The notes under the pieces: model-generated | What the model was told of the DNA's origin: nothing | Databases searched by the model: none | What the model saw: only the letters and a program-made list of their open reading frames with translations | Made by a program: the position numbers and the translations under genes | From: Botryllus schlosseri | Taxonomy: Eukaryota | Assembly: GCA_051294905.1 (NCBI GenBank) | Contig: CM119371.1 | Span: 39,186,001-39,250,000 of the forward strand | Direction: 5' to 3' | Length of the DNA: 64,000 bases | Shown: piece by piece, positions 50,801 to 63,362 of the stretch | Layout: each line of letters starts with the position of its first letter | Numbering within the stretch: the stretch's first letter is position 1

Positions 50801-53800
50801 TTCGCTTCTAGTGGTTGGAATTGAGCAAAATTTGGTGTGCGTCATCTCTACTGAATGAACAGCCCTACTGTGTATGCGCACTGTGCAGTTACACAAACAC
50901 ACAATTGGTACAAGCAGACAAAAGCTGTTCGAGGACTCCCAGAAAATGCAGTTGGTTGGCCACCAATGTGATTTTTCACTTTCACTGGGTCTCATGTACA
51001 AAAAAACAGTCCAAATATCAAGATCTATACCCACCACTTGATTGTTGCTTTAATATTCGGTTGGCTCACCGTGCTATCATCGATATATATGGTCGAGCAT
51101 GAACTATATCTTTTGTGTACTCCGTTTGATAACTGAAAATAAAAGTACGATATTATATATACCTTTATTCGAGAGTATTAACCCCACTTGCAAAGGTGCC
51201 ACAGGGTACGAAGGCAGACTTGTACAAACTAGACCACTGGATTTTCAAAATGCGCAACTAGAACTACACACTTTTCATAATTCGCAACTGGAACTTGAAC
51301 TAAATCTACTCAAAAAATCCTGTAGTTAGTTGACTGTCAACTAGCCAGATATATGGGTAGTTTGTAAAATTCTGTATGAGAGACCATAATCTGAGCTTTC
51401 GATACATTCTGGGAACCTCAATTGGTCATATCGCAGAATCCAAATATTAAGCACAAGGCTATGAATATCCATGGACCACGGAAAAAACATTTCTGCGATC
51501 AACAACCCAGTATGGTAACAAAAAATACAATGATATGAGCAAAATTTATTATTGATGATATGTTATCGGCACTAAAATGCACGGGTTAAAAATGTGCATT
51601 ATTGAATTTGTTTAGTTGTTCTTACTGTTATCAAGTCATAATGAGTGTTATGCTACAGCTGTGGTTCCCAAACTTTTTCAACTTGTGGCAAACTGGAAAA
51701 GTTGTAAAACTTGCGGCGCACTTTAGCCGAGAAAAGATGTTTTTTGATTGCATGAGCAGAACATATAAAATAGAAAGGAGGTCGAATTGTTCACAAACCT
51801 ATCCGCATTTTGTAATGCGCATGCCTAGATAGTAGATATTAAAAGGATTTTGGGATATGGCTGACAAAACCACTTGCGTTGTAATCGCCACACAGACATA
51901 GTCATTAATTCCAAGCAGTATCTCTAGTTTACAGTTTTGAATTTCATTCGAAAAAGAAAAGCCACGTCCACTTTGCAATGAATATTGATTGTTTTTGCAT
52001 TGATTGTGGAATAGGATTTGCTAGCAGACAGCTAAAAATCACACGATTTATTTTGAAGAAATAGTTTTACATGTTCGTAAATCAACTAGCTGCTCTTCTG
52101 CGGAAATATTGCTAATATATTAGGATGCCATAACTGATTTCAATTGTCACTTGTGTTGACGCTAAATGACAATACGGGTTTTCTAGTATTCAAGCAACTA
52201 ATTTTGTTAAATGCCCAACTAGATCTAGAACTTATATCAAAAACAGCAGTTGGTTCACCCTCAACCAATTAGATGGGTATAGTTTGCACAAGTCTGGTTG
52301 AGTACAAGTCTACATGAATTGAAGGTATATATATGTTTGACATTGGACAAAGTTTTATCGGAACGGCATTGATACATAAACAAGGAATTCGTCGACTCAC
52401 GGCTGCGTTTGCGGCTTTCTTCTTTTCAAGAACTGTAAATGGAAAGCATTTCCGCACACCGATAAACTAAAAAATATCGTTTTGCACTTACCTTTCACTC
52501 TGGACATGTGCAAAAAAATGGTTTCCGTTTGCGGGTGGTCGGAAGGCGGCTGGTCAAAATCTTGCAAAAATAAGAAGATAAATTAAATAACCTAATATAA
52601 ACATTGAGCAAACATACTTTGCTATGATCCTACTCTGCACCAGCCAATTTGATGGTTTCGTGCATCAAATTAAAACCCAGTATGCCAGTAGGGCCTATAC
52701 CTTACGATTGCCACCATCAGATAAAAATTTGTTGATCATATTATGGAAGATGTACTCGTATCTACGTTTGATCTTCACATTAATTTTGTAGACTTGACTT
52801 TGGTCTACTTTAAAATGAAAAATTTATTACATTCATTTTGAATACAGATATTTTCGACTGACACTCAACAATGGTAAGCATCAGCAACTAGTGAAGAACA
52901 TTGTATATCAGCAAACGTATCATAAAATATGACGGCGCCGGTATGAAAATTCAAATGATCCAGCCAAACGGTTGGCCCAAGCTCAGTGTACTATTTTTTA
53001 GATTGCACACCGGATTGAATCGCGGCCCGTTTTATTCAAGTAGGCCTATATCCTGCAAGATGGAGCTGCTCTCGCCGTGACAGAGCCAGCCCTGCGGCAT
53101 GACAAATTACTGATTTCAAATCACTATACTCCTATATGGAATCTCTGCCCATTTTTTGAAATAAATCCTGCGTGATGAGACCTTTTCTCTATAGAATAAT
53201 TAAGGAATTAAACAGAAAATCCTGCGTGACGTTGCCACCAATTCCACTCCGGACTATACTCAGTCGGTGCCAAGAAAACATGTGCTCAGTGTTAGCAACT
53301 GACAAAGTGCAAGTGCTTCACCAACAGACTAGTGATAGTCAATAAATCCTGGTAAATACATAATGCAAAAACTTTATATACGGTACTACAAACTAATTAC
53401 AATATCAGCATTTTTCAAAATTGATCTTTAGTTTTTTCAAATAAAATCAACGAGTCATAACCACGTGCAATTGTCAACAAAGTCGGCGCAATCCCGAGTG
53501 CCTCAAACACCGATTCCATACTGGATTATACACAGACTGAGTCGAAGCCAGCTGTTCGGCTCAATTGTTGGAAATTTCATACCAGTGGCGTCATATTTTG
53601 TGATAAGACTGTTGATGTTTTTTCCAATTCTGTAATAGTTGCTGACGATTACCCCTGACGAGTGTCAGCCGGAAATATTCAAGTTCAGTTCAGTGTTCAA
53701 TAGAATCCCGAAATTATGCACCTTCAACAGAGTCTAGCCTATTCGGTACAATGTAAATAGAATAAGTTTCAAAATCAATCTTACCATCAAGAGCCTCTCT

Positions 53801-53959
53801 TTCGCTGATATGCGGCAGGACTGACACAGAAGGTAACTCGTCATCATCGTCGTGATTTGCGTTGGATGTTATGAGCCTGTTACCACGTTTCGAGACAGGC
53901 GGGGCCCTAGGTGATTTAGGACTGGATGTCTTGATACAGCTGCAGTGCTTATTTCCCAT
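41886..53959 (-). CDS. CCNY: Cyclin Y (CCNY/CCNYL1 family), 10 coding exons, ~343 aa
   Basis: Exons 53959-53785 (MGNKHCSC...[11 protein letters not shown]), 52560-52492 ([12 protein letters not shown]), 52432-52401, 51132-51035 ([26 protein letters not shown]), 50404-50314 (CVALAVY...[10 protein letters not shown]), 48542-48423 ([23 protein letters not shown]), 47079-47007 ([22 protein letters not shown]), 45502-45409 ([26 protein letters not shown]), 44093-43931 ([31 protein letters not shown]), 42002-41886 (RRTASFGNL...IVIS*). GT-AG introns, 1032 nt open. The motifs match vertebrate cyclin Y as I recall it. Confidence 0.97.
42613..43680. mobile_element. hAT-type non-autonomous element in the last CCNY intron
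   Basis: TIR CAGGCGCGTAGCCAG; perfect TSD cttgtagg. Confidence 0.93.
44288..45243. repeat. Long-inverted-repeat family (gacactcgtcag...) with a nested GACTCGAGTC MITE at 44433-44991
   Basis: Inverted arms. Other copies at ~41535-41700, 48150-48405, 48745-49270, 52835-53700. The nested MITE has TSD ataaagtt/ataacgtt. Confidence 0.8.
49275..49930. repeat. Tandem array, ~41-bp unit (ccaaattagattagaattagaattatagctacacagtttttt), roughly 15 copies
   Basis: Read directly. Short related pieces at ~27635, ~28585-28700 and ~48680-48740. Confidence 0.88.
51215..52296. mobile_element. hAT-like element with (AACTAG)n subterminal repeats
   Basis: TIR CAGACTTGTACAAACT/AGTTTGCACAAGTCTG; relative at 55319-55558; TSD not preserved. 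Confidence 0.7.
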
Positions 53960-54989
53960 TTTCAGAAGCTTTTTCGCAGAAGTCTTGATATCGTGTGTTT
54001 ATAACTTCGGAGACTTGTTCATGTCCTCACGGAAACGTTCATGGCAAACGTTGTGGGACGTAACTTCTTGATTATTTCACCGTGCAAAAAGGCACTGTCG
54101 CATGTTAAGCCAAGGTAAGCTCTCGGCATGTGGAATCGCGAACAGATATCAATTCAGGATGTGGATTAGAAATTACCCTATTTTCTGTATTGATAAATCA
54201 AATATTAGTGGCAATGAGCGTCTGATTGCAGCCTACTCGAAACAATATTTCTCACTCATCGAATCATTAAGTTCGAGCAATCAAATCATTGTGCCATTTC
54301 CAAGCCTATGACGGTGCTCGTGCAGATAAGCTCATTGCAGCAGCGGACCACAAGCCTGCGAAGATTTGCTTACAAGCATTCATTTCAATGAAGTAGTATC
54401 GAAGCAATACATAGCCAACTATACGCAAGGTGTATAAACGAAATTGCAGTATAGTCGACAGCAATCTTCGCTTGCTAGTCATCCGCCCGCTTAATCCGGA
54501 TATGTCATCTCAGCTATCCGGTAATAAACAGAACATCGGTAGGACAACGGTAACGTTTGGACGTCTCCAATTTCAAATGGGTTTCAACAGCTAGTTAATC
54601 CCCTACACAGGCTCGCTGTCATGATTTTTTCTCCTGTCACCCCCACTGTCACCATATTCTCGTTTTCTATATATCCATATCTCACACAGTGTAGCTATAG
54701 AATGTAAACATGAAATGGCAACAACCGATTTTGCAGCTTCGTTCCGCTTCGCTGAAGCTGGAGTCAGAACTGTTTTGCGTAAGCCACGCCGAGCTATATA
54801 ACCAACCAACCTTACTTCCTGTTGATTTACAAAATAATTTGGATCAGGACAGATTTTATTTTTCTTCGAACTTTTCTCCCCACTTCCCACGTATAGTTCG
54901 TATTTGGACCGCGGGCCGTAAAATGCTCAGGTCTGCCCTACGCTCATCTACAAGCCTTCGGAGAACCCCTAATTTTCAGTGAGTCACAA

Positions 54990-55245
54990 GAGAGAGAGAG
55001 AGAGAGACTTTATTTTTCATCCTTTTTCATCCAACCAAAATACATAACACACGGCAGTGATGGTGGTACAGAAAATATGCTTGCACAGTATTCGGTATTA
55101 GATAGGAATGATCGATAAGACCGTGAAGGTCATCTAGTCTGATCACACCAGCATCAAACAGGGACACTTGACTCTAAGCAGTCTGGCTGTAAAAAAGGTT
55201 ACAGTAGTTAAAAAAAAAAAAAATTGAAGAAAAATTAAACGAAGC
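54990..55245 (-). repeat. Uninterrupted copy of the AATAAAG-(CT)n short repeat
   Basis: Reverse-complement match to 1440-1505 plus 2467-2630. Confidence 0.8.
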
Positions 55246-55865
55246 AAAAGTATAGCCTACCACAAGTGTTGATACCATATGTGTTGTAACTTTTAATCTG
55301 TAGGACTACCAGTAAAGCCAGGCTTGCACAAACTACCCATTTAGTTAGGTGATGGTCTACTAACTAACGGTTTTTGGAGTAGTTCTAGTTGTAGTTCTAG
55401 TAGCGGATTTTGTAAATTGGGTAGTTCAAGTTCTAGTTGCAAATTTTGAAAATCGATTATAGTTCTACTTAGTTATAATTGCGAGTTTGAATAACTGAGT
55501 AGTTGTAGTTCTTGTTCTAGTTGCGCTTTTTGAAAACCCAGTAGCTTGTACGAGTCTGTGTGCAACCTGCATTTGAGTCCTGTCAAAAGGTATTAGAGTT
55601 ACTCAGCTGAAATAAGTGACGTTCGAATTAGCCAGATAACCAACCAACATATGGAGCAATATGCTCGGGGATTTTGCGAACCTGTTATAAAACACATCAC
55701 GTGATTTATCAGTATCACTACCTACTTATGTCGTTATTAACACTGTTGGCCTACCTCGCCCAGACATTGCTTCATTGATCATTGCTCATTTGTTATCATT
55801 GTTTAATTTGCTTTTATTATTTTCATTTTTAACGAACATTTTTTACAGCCAGACTGTATGGAGAC

Positions 55866-56849
55866 CAGTGTTGGGATCAAGTCACTACCTTCGAGTCACG
55901 AGTCATTTCGAGTCATTGCACATTTTGACTCGAGTCAAGTCAAGTCAATCGATTTTCGAAGGTGACTCGAGTCAAGTCAAGTCACTCGATTTTTGGAGGT
56001 GACTCGAGTCAAGTCAAGTCGAGTCAAGTCAAGTCAAGTCACGAGTCAAGTCACGATTCAAGTCAAATTGTCTTTTCGAAAGTATGAGGCATGATTTCGT
56101 CATTGCATTTTGCTAGCTGTCTGATTAACAGATTAATGTGGTCATTGATTCTGAACCGATGAACGAATATAAAGTTAAATATACACGCAAGAAGGCACTG
56201 TATCGCTCCCATATAGGCATATACGTAGAACTGTTCAACTACGTAAGTAATTGCATAGCCTCAGTTTATAGTTACCAGCCAAACTTGAAAAACGAATTGA
56301 TAAGATGCAATACATTACTCATTTACATGTTGATATGATACCATTCGAGCCTACACGAATGGTTGAGGATTATATAAACTATATATTCGAATTCAATTTC
56401 AATAAAACAAGAGGTTTGGTTAAGGTATAACAACAGAAAACAGAAATGAATATTATGCTATTAAAATACCTCACTACTAGTTTACGACAACCTAAGCTGT
56501 ACGCTTCAATTACTACGTGTGTGGGTATTTTATTTATGTGAGACAATGATGGCTCAGTGACACACACGATCATTGAGTGATTTGTCGCTCTCACGAGTTA
56601 CACCAGCGTTTCGCGAATAATCCGAACATATGGAAGATACAGTGATTTTTATCGACACCGATTACTTGATGACTTGAAATTGACTCGTGAATTTTGCTCC
56701 GAGTCACGAGTCAATTCACATTTTTGATGCGCCGAGTCAAGTCAAGTCAAGTCATTTTTGCAAAGTGACTCGAGTCAAGTCAAGTCATACGAAAAAGGTG
56801 ACTCGAGTCTGACTCGAGTCAAGTCATGACACGAGTCATCCCAACACTG
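55866..56849. mobile_element. hAT-type MITE with (AGTCA)n subterminal repeats
   Basis: TIR CAGTGTTGGGA/TCCCAACACTG; perfect TSD atggagac; inserted in the AATAAAG-(CT)n repeat. Confidence 0.93.
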
Positions 56850-57497
56850 ATGGAGACAAGTGTACCTATTTGATGCGAGTGTGATCAAACTACTTGACCT
56901 TCACGGTCCTATCGATCATTCCCATCTGATACCGAATTCTGTGCAAGTATGCATGCATAATTTCTGTACACCATACTGCTGCTGTTTGTTATATATTTTG
57001 ATTGGATGAAAATAAAGACTCTCGCTTTCTTTATCTCCTATCAAATATTTCATCATTTCAAAACACCGGAAGATTATTGCGATACAATGAAGATGTTTTC
57101 GATGCCACCGTAACTACAATGCGTATCACCCTTCACCCCTAATGACTTAATTTACCTAAATATAGCGGCATTTGTTAGTGGCGTAGGCCTATTTATTATA
57201 CCACAACACAAATGAAAAGCACGAAAACATATGCAAATGCTTGTCCTGTCTGGGTATAACATGACTATAAGAGCACATTGGAGATTGTATACAGGTTCAA
57301 TGTGACAATTGTGGCCTTTGGATCACGATCGATTCGTCTGTCTGTGATTCGAGTAAAGTTGCTGTTTCAACAGGTTCGTTAGAAGGCGTTTCGATTTGCA
57401 TTGAAGAGGTTTTACAATACAATATGTTACGGCACATTCAACACATTATATGTTATCCATCAAGATGATGACGAATAGTTATTTACTAACGTGAAAG

Positions 57498-59536
57498 CAG
57501 GGCTGTGGAGTCGGTGAATTTTACCACCGACTCCGGATCCGACTCCACACATTTTCAATATGCCGACTCCGACTCCTGAATCTTTAAACGTACCGACTCC
57601 GACTCCTGGGTCTTCAAACGTACCGACTCCGACTCCCGACTCCGACTCCAGCATTATTACCAATTTACTTCGAAAATTATATGCCACATTGTCGGTTGAA
57701 TGACTATCGTACAACCATTAAACATATATGCAAACATATGATTAACGGTGGCATGCTAAATTGTTTCATTGTGGCACAGCTCGAATTATCCACTATGCAA
57801 TTAACATGAAAGAAAGATTTGCTAAATATCCTTCCTTTTTCAAGTTTTTATAACATGGACTCTAATATATCCTGAAATGTATGAATCATTCAAATATGGC
57901 AGATATCCCATCCTGTATAATAAAAATGTAGATAAAAAATCCAAGTGTAGCTCTTGTGTATGAGTCAGCAACTATAATAAAGAGATTGAACTTACTAACT
58001 TCGTCATTGCACGCTATCCTGATTACAAGCACACACACTCTTACTTACTAATAGACATTGGTCATAAATGGAATTTAGTTAAGTAGTCAAAGACCATAGC
58101 CTATGTCTAGTCTACATGTACTTAATCAAGTATTCAGCAAGGATTGGGGCTTGCAGTCTTTCTTGATCATTTGTTCGACCCAAACAGCTAAGCTACACTA
58201 CAAATATTTTTTAATTTTGTCAAGTGGGAAGCATCGTTTCGTTATATTTAGCCTACATCATTTATACAATTTTACAAAACCAGCCGATGCATTTGCCCTG
58301 TCACAGTATCATGGTATAATTCCAAAAATTGCATCAATTTTGACTGTATCGCGAAAACTCATCTTGCGATTTTCTTCCCATCTGCAACTGAGTTGTAATT
58401 TGCAAGTAATGTCTAATTATATCTATATCAGGGGTGGGCAACTTTTTCGGCGAAAGGGACACCTGAAATTTACGAACCATTGCGCGGGCAACTCGAATGT
58501 TGATAACCTTTTTTTAGTCGTCGATAGGAGCGAACCGAATTAGGTTACATTTCAAACAGGACTTATATTATTCTGCTCTAAATTGATCACAATATGTCAT
58601 GCAACTGTGCAGTGCGTAATCAGTCCCTGGTCGCGCGAAGCGCGAAAATTTTTTGCAAGATAACGACTGAATTAGGCTATATCAATAAATATGTCGCTAA
58701 CATACATTGGGTGTCGCATCTGTATACTACTGGGCTCATTTGGCAAGGACAGGATTATTCGACGTTTAGACATAGCAAAATCGACGGTATCAGTGAACAA
58801 TTGAACATGCCTCTATCATTTTGTGCAAATGTTTTGTCGACGATCTAGCTGCGAGTGCACAAGCGAAGCCGCATGTTGTACGACACGTTATCTCCTAATT
58901 GCTAATAGTTAGACTCAATTCGGTGAATAATATGTAGCCTATTTATAATTTTCAGAAGGGGGCTCAAATACTGAATGCAAGAAATCTAGTGACAATGAAT
59001 CATGCGAAGTACCGGGAAAATATCAAGTCAAATAAATCAGCTATGAAATATTCTACTTTATGGTCATGTACGAAGATCTGGGATAAATGTTGCTGGCCCC
59101 TGGATACGTCAATGCGTCAGAACTGTTGTTTTAGTCATCATCAAATTTCGCGGTCATGCTAATCAAATTTTGGTTGGCCTTGCAATTGTACCTGATGTCA
59201 TAAATAATTTCGAGAATTACCTCGCAGGCCACACCTAACCTTCTCCTCTGCCAAATTTGGCCTTCATGCCACGGGCTGGCCGCACCTGATATGTATGGTT
59301 ATTAATAACAGTGATTGGTGGTACATAAAAATTATATTGAAAATTCTTTGAAAGCAAATGTTTTCATGATAGAGAAGTTGGAGTCGGAGTCGGAGTCGAA
59401 GTCAGGGTCATTCTCACAAACTTCGACTCCGACTCCAGTCAGTATTTTCCCACCGACTCCGACTCCAGCTATTATAGTTTTCACGACTCCGACTCCATCA
59501 ACCGAAAATTACCCCGACTCCGACTCCACAGCCCTG
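57498..59536. mobile_element. (GACTCC)n hAT-type element containing a nested hAT MITE (58429-59288)
   Basis: TIR CAGGGCTGTGGAGTCGG; perfect TSD cgtgaaag. Inner element CAGGGGTGGGCAAC with TSD atctatat/atatgtat. Confidence 0.92.
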
Positions 59537-60224
59537 CGTGAAAGTGCACATTTACACGCAGGCATTACTGGGAGTAGCGCTTTACGCCTCGGTGTGGCAT
59601 GCACGCGTGATTCAGATACACTTAATTGACACCTCGTGTGGTGATACCATAGTGTCCTATATCGTGTCGACACAAGCAAATCTCACGGCTCAGTGAAATT
59701 GTATCACGTCACAATTTCCATTTGGCTACAGGCAATTTGACGGTCATTTTTGACCGGCTTGCCGTGCATTAAATTTGGTAAAACCGGTATCAATCGAAAG
59801 CTGACTCTGCACTGATTACGAATATATAAATTTTATTCCGCTCGCGGCCCTGGAACCCCCACAATCAGCCTCGAATTTTCGATTGTTATGGAGATTGGCA
59901 TTGGGACGCAACAATGCTGTCCGCTCTTTTTCACTTGAGCTACTCTCTCGTTTTGCCAGACAGCATTTTTTTTTAAATCATCCACCTAGCAATGTGCAGA
60001 GAAAAACGGTATTTTGAGCTCTGAGCGGAAAGATGACCTTTTTTTAGTCACCCGATCACAAAGTGGGAAAATTCAACGGATTTTGAGAATTCTTCTCCGG
60101 TTTTGCAAGTCTCAAATTTCTGAAAAAGTGTCCTCTTTTTAGATTTCCAAAATATGGTAAGCCTATATGCTTACAGCAATTATATAAATTTGACGTCAGT
60201 AGGATAGGTCGGGCAATTCAGAAA

Positions 60225-60455
60225 GAATTTAATGTAGTCCAGTATAAAATTTCAGCTTCTCTGCATCTTTTGACATTATGATGCTCCTCTGAGAAGTGAG
60301 AACTGAACTTCACTACCAATAATTTTCCATCATTTTATAATTTTCCTGGACGAGTTTCCTGTTTTGTGCTTCTACTTCTTCCAGAAATTTGATTTTCTTG
60401 CGTTTTATCCATCGACTTCCTCTTTCTGCAGCTTCATAAAAGATATCGATCAAGT
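60225..60455 (-). mobile_element. Possible decayed Harbinger/ISL2EU-type transposase fragment
   Basis: Minus frames IKFLEEVEAQNRKLVQEN... then SKDAEKLKFYTGL; stops present; motif recognition only. Confidence 0.4.
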
Positions 60456-61098
60456 CTGCAGAAAATATATAATATGTTTATTTTACAGAGCAACACTGCT
60501 GTGCAGGCACCTATCAGGGCGTACTCGTCCGGCTCATACAACGTAGCACCGCTACCAATTTAAACTATCCATCGCAATATTGAATATATTGCTCTCAACA
60601 ATTTCAATCCATTACACACCATCAAGCAACAACACTGGAGCGGAATAATACGAGACACACACCAAGTCGATTGTGGCATCAAGTCTGACTGCATTTCAGA
60701 TTGGACTTAATCTAAATATGTCATGATTCAATATTATTGATGCAATAATAGATAGGTCATTTTAATAATAAAATGAGAATGCAGATAACTACAAGGAAGT
60801 CGTAGCGTTTATCCAGATTTTACGTTCTTCCATGCATGTTATCGGCTCTCTGAAAGGTGCAAGCGCACACAAGGAACAATTTGGCTATAGCCATTTCCAA
60901 GTTACACAGGCTATTAGCACAGTGTTCATCCGGCATTTATCCTCATAGATTCAATACATGAGCTATAACACAATATGACTATTTCCGCTGGAAACGGATC
61001 ATGTTGCATAACGTATATCATATCAATAAGATCATTGAATATGCAGACAAGTGTCCAGTGTAACAGCAATTTGCTACATAATGATACAGACTGTAGAC

Positions 61099-62256
61099 CA
61101 GTGGTCGGGAACCTTTTTCGTCCGAAGAGCCATATTGACCCTATATTTTCCATTTGAACTCCCAAAGAGCCATAGATGTCAGTCAACTATTACGTCACAA
61201 TTGAAAAATCGTGACGTCATTGTAGCGCAAATTCGAAAGCACTACATGGGATTCGTCGTTTTCTCTGTAAAAACTCGTACTCATCATGCTGGTTGCCTTT
61301 ATTTGAGTAAGGAGTACGAAAAACTTGAGTTACATAGGTCTTTTGAAAGTTATATGTTTTTAATTGTATTGCAATGAGAGGCATATCATATCTTTCGAAG
61401 CTTAAGACCTTTTAGATTTCCAACACACGTAAACAACAGTAAAAGTATTTGTCTAATTTTTAAACAGTTTTACCCACCTGTCTACACTAGATTTTGAACA
61501 TTTTTCGGCCAAAATCACGCAGCTTGCCTAATTATTGTTCGCAAATAAAGTGTAAATGGAGAGGTACGGCATAGGTGAGGCACATCCGGGCGATGCTGTG
61601 CCTGTAATAGCGCAATTAATCGCAAATATCATATAATATAATAACTGATATTAATCGAATGTAATTGTCGCACAGATTCCGATTCGACTTCTCAATTCTC
61701 AAAGTATTCGGCGATAACATAACGTTGCGCCACACGCCTACATTTTAACAGCGACTACAAAGCTACGTTATCAATCAATAAAGTGGATAGCTATGGCGTT
61801 GTTTGTAATTTGAATTCGTAATTGTGATTGTCCCTTCCACGGTAGTTCATTTCTCGCCGTAGTTCAGGAAAACAATGTGTATTTGAAAACTGCATTGTGA
61901 TATAGGTGCCGCCACGTATCCTACTCTCGTTGATCAATCAACGTATCGTGCAATCCAAGATTTCGTGGCGGGTACATCGAATTCGGGAGTGATATTGGTC
62001 GCTGGCGCGATAGCAACTTAAATTTGAGGATTTTGAAAGGGGGTCCGAGCCCCTAATCCCGAATATGCCACTGTATTAAACTCTCGAAGACATGTTTCTG
62101 CCACAAGAATAAGTATACTGGGTCGTGCTGAAGATTTAATAACAAGTTGCTGCAATATAGATAAATTAAGCACAAAAATAAAAATTTTGGAAAGAGCCAT
62201 ATCTTATGCCCAAAAGAGCCATATATGGCTCGCGAGCCATAGGTTCCCGACCACTG
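61099..62256. mobile_element. hAT-type non-autonomous element
   Basis: TIR CAGTGGTCGGGAACC; perfect TSD ctgtagac; AAGAGCCATA subterminal repeats. Confidence 0.93.
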
Positions 62257-62639
62257 CTGTAGACTGTATTATACACGATTCTATAAATAGAACGCATATA
62301 ACACCGAGCCCACATCATGAATACCCCACATAACCTGACTCAAGATTCCTCTAATACATGCTATTCGGTAATCCTATAGTATACGACTAAGGATAATACA
62401 GCAATAGTTGCTTCATCCGAAAAGTTGTCAGAAATCCATTCATTTAGACATGCCATGCTGATGCGTGCTTGCGACCATTCATGTTTATTGTAGGTTAGAA
62501 CACTGCAAATACACACTAGCTCTACGTTATTACCATTCACCAAAGCCAGCTATTCCAAATTCAATGTAATTTTGCTAAATACCTTCATTTTCCGACCCTT
62601 TTCCATAAGAGCTCATAGTAAGTTTGGCCGGCCTTGTTC

Positions 62640-62725
62640 TTTGTTTACATCCAGCTGCGGCGTGATTGGTTCGCGGCGTGATTGGTTTGTGTCATAGGTC
62701 ACGTAAGTGTCTATTGGCGGGATTG
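62640..62725. promoter_or_regulatory. Candidate core promoter motif cluster
   Basis: TGTTTAC (forkhead-like), three ATTGG (CCAAT) boxes, GGTCACGT and TTGGCGGGA (E2F-like) within ~85 bp. Could belong to a transposon. Confidence 0.3.
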
Positions 62726-63086
62726 TCTTTAAACGATAGTAGATAGCAGCCAAAGACTGCGAGGCGGGCGGCGCGATAGTTCAGGCTAGCGACACGACAT
62801 CTTGAGCACGAGGAGACCTTTTACCGACCTTTTACGAGGATACCTTGCGATTGCTAATCATTATACAATTAACGGTATTGTCTCTAAACGATATTAGATA
62901 CCGTCCAAAGCCTGCGAGGCCGGCGGCGAATTAGTTTAGGCCAACGAACGGACATCTTGCACACGATGCCTGTTACAGGTGCGATCTTTACATAGCCTAG
63001 GCCAAGGTGAGTGTCTGATTCCATAAACAAATCTAAGTCGCTTCGACATCTTCCTGTCTATTCATTGTATCGCATTTTTGTGGTGT

Positions 63087-63359
63087 TGTAGCGTACCGCT
63101 CCGTGATTAACCTATAATTACCCTCAGTGATCACTAATTGTGTTACTGCTACGTTTTGTTGTGTTGCACTATTTTATGCCAGTCGCTTTCCGTCACCGTC
63201 CGAGGGCAGTCGGCTTTTAGTCACCGTCGGAGGTGCAGTCGCTTTTAGTAACCGTCCGAAGAACATCGCCGTCGTATTTTAGTTGTTCTAATAAAAATAC
63301 ATTATCTACACCGAGCCGCGGACCAAGAAGAACGCGCGCCCTCGACGGAGCACGCTATA
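63087..63359 (+). mobile_element. Solo LTR with internal ~28-bp triplet repeat
   Basis: TGTAGCGT...ACGCTATA inverted ends; AATAAA at ~63290; TSD gtgt/gtg(c). The homologous flank at ~33785 lacks the insert. Confidence 0.65.
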
Positions 63360-63362
63360 GTG

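Noticed and set aside
54603..54890. Minus ORF MGSGEK... as an alternative CCNY first exon
   Set aside because: GTG start, no cyclin Y similarity, and the CCNY N-terminus is already complete at 53959.
59315..59629. ORFs with ESESES / TPTPTP / GVGVG (also 31579-32304, 57460-57714)
   Set aside because: Translations of (GACTCC)n MITE arrays.
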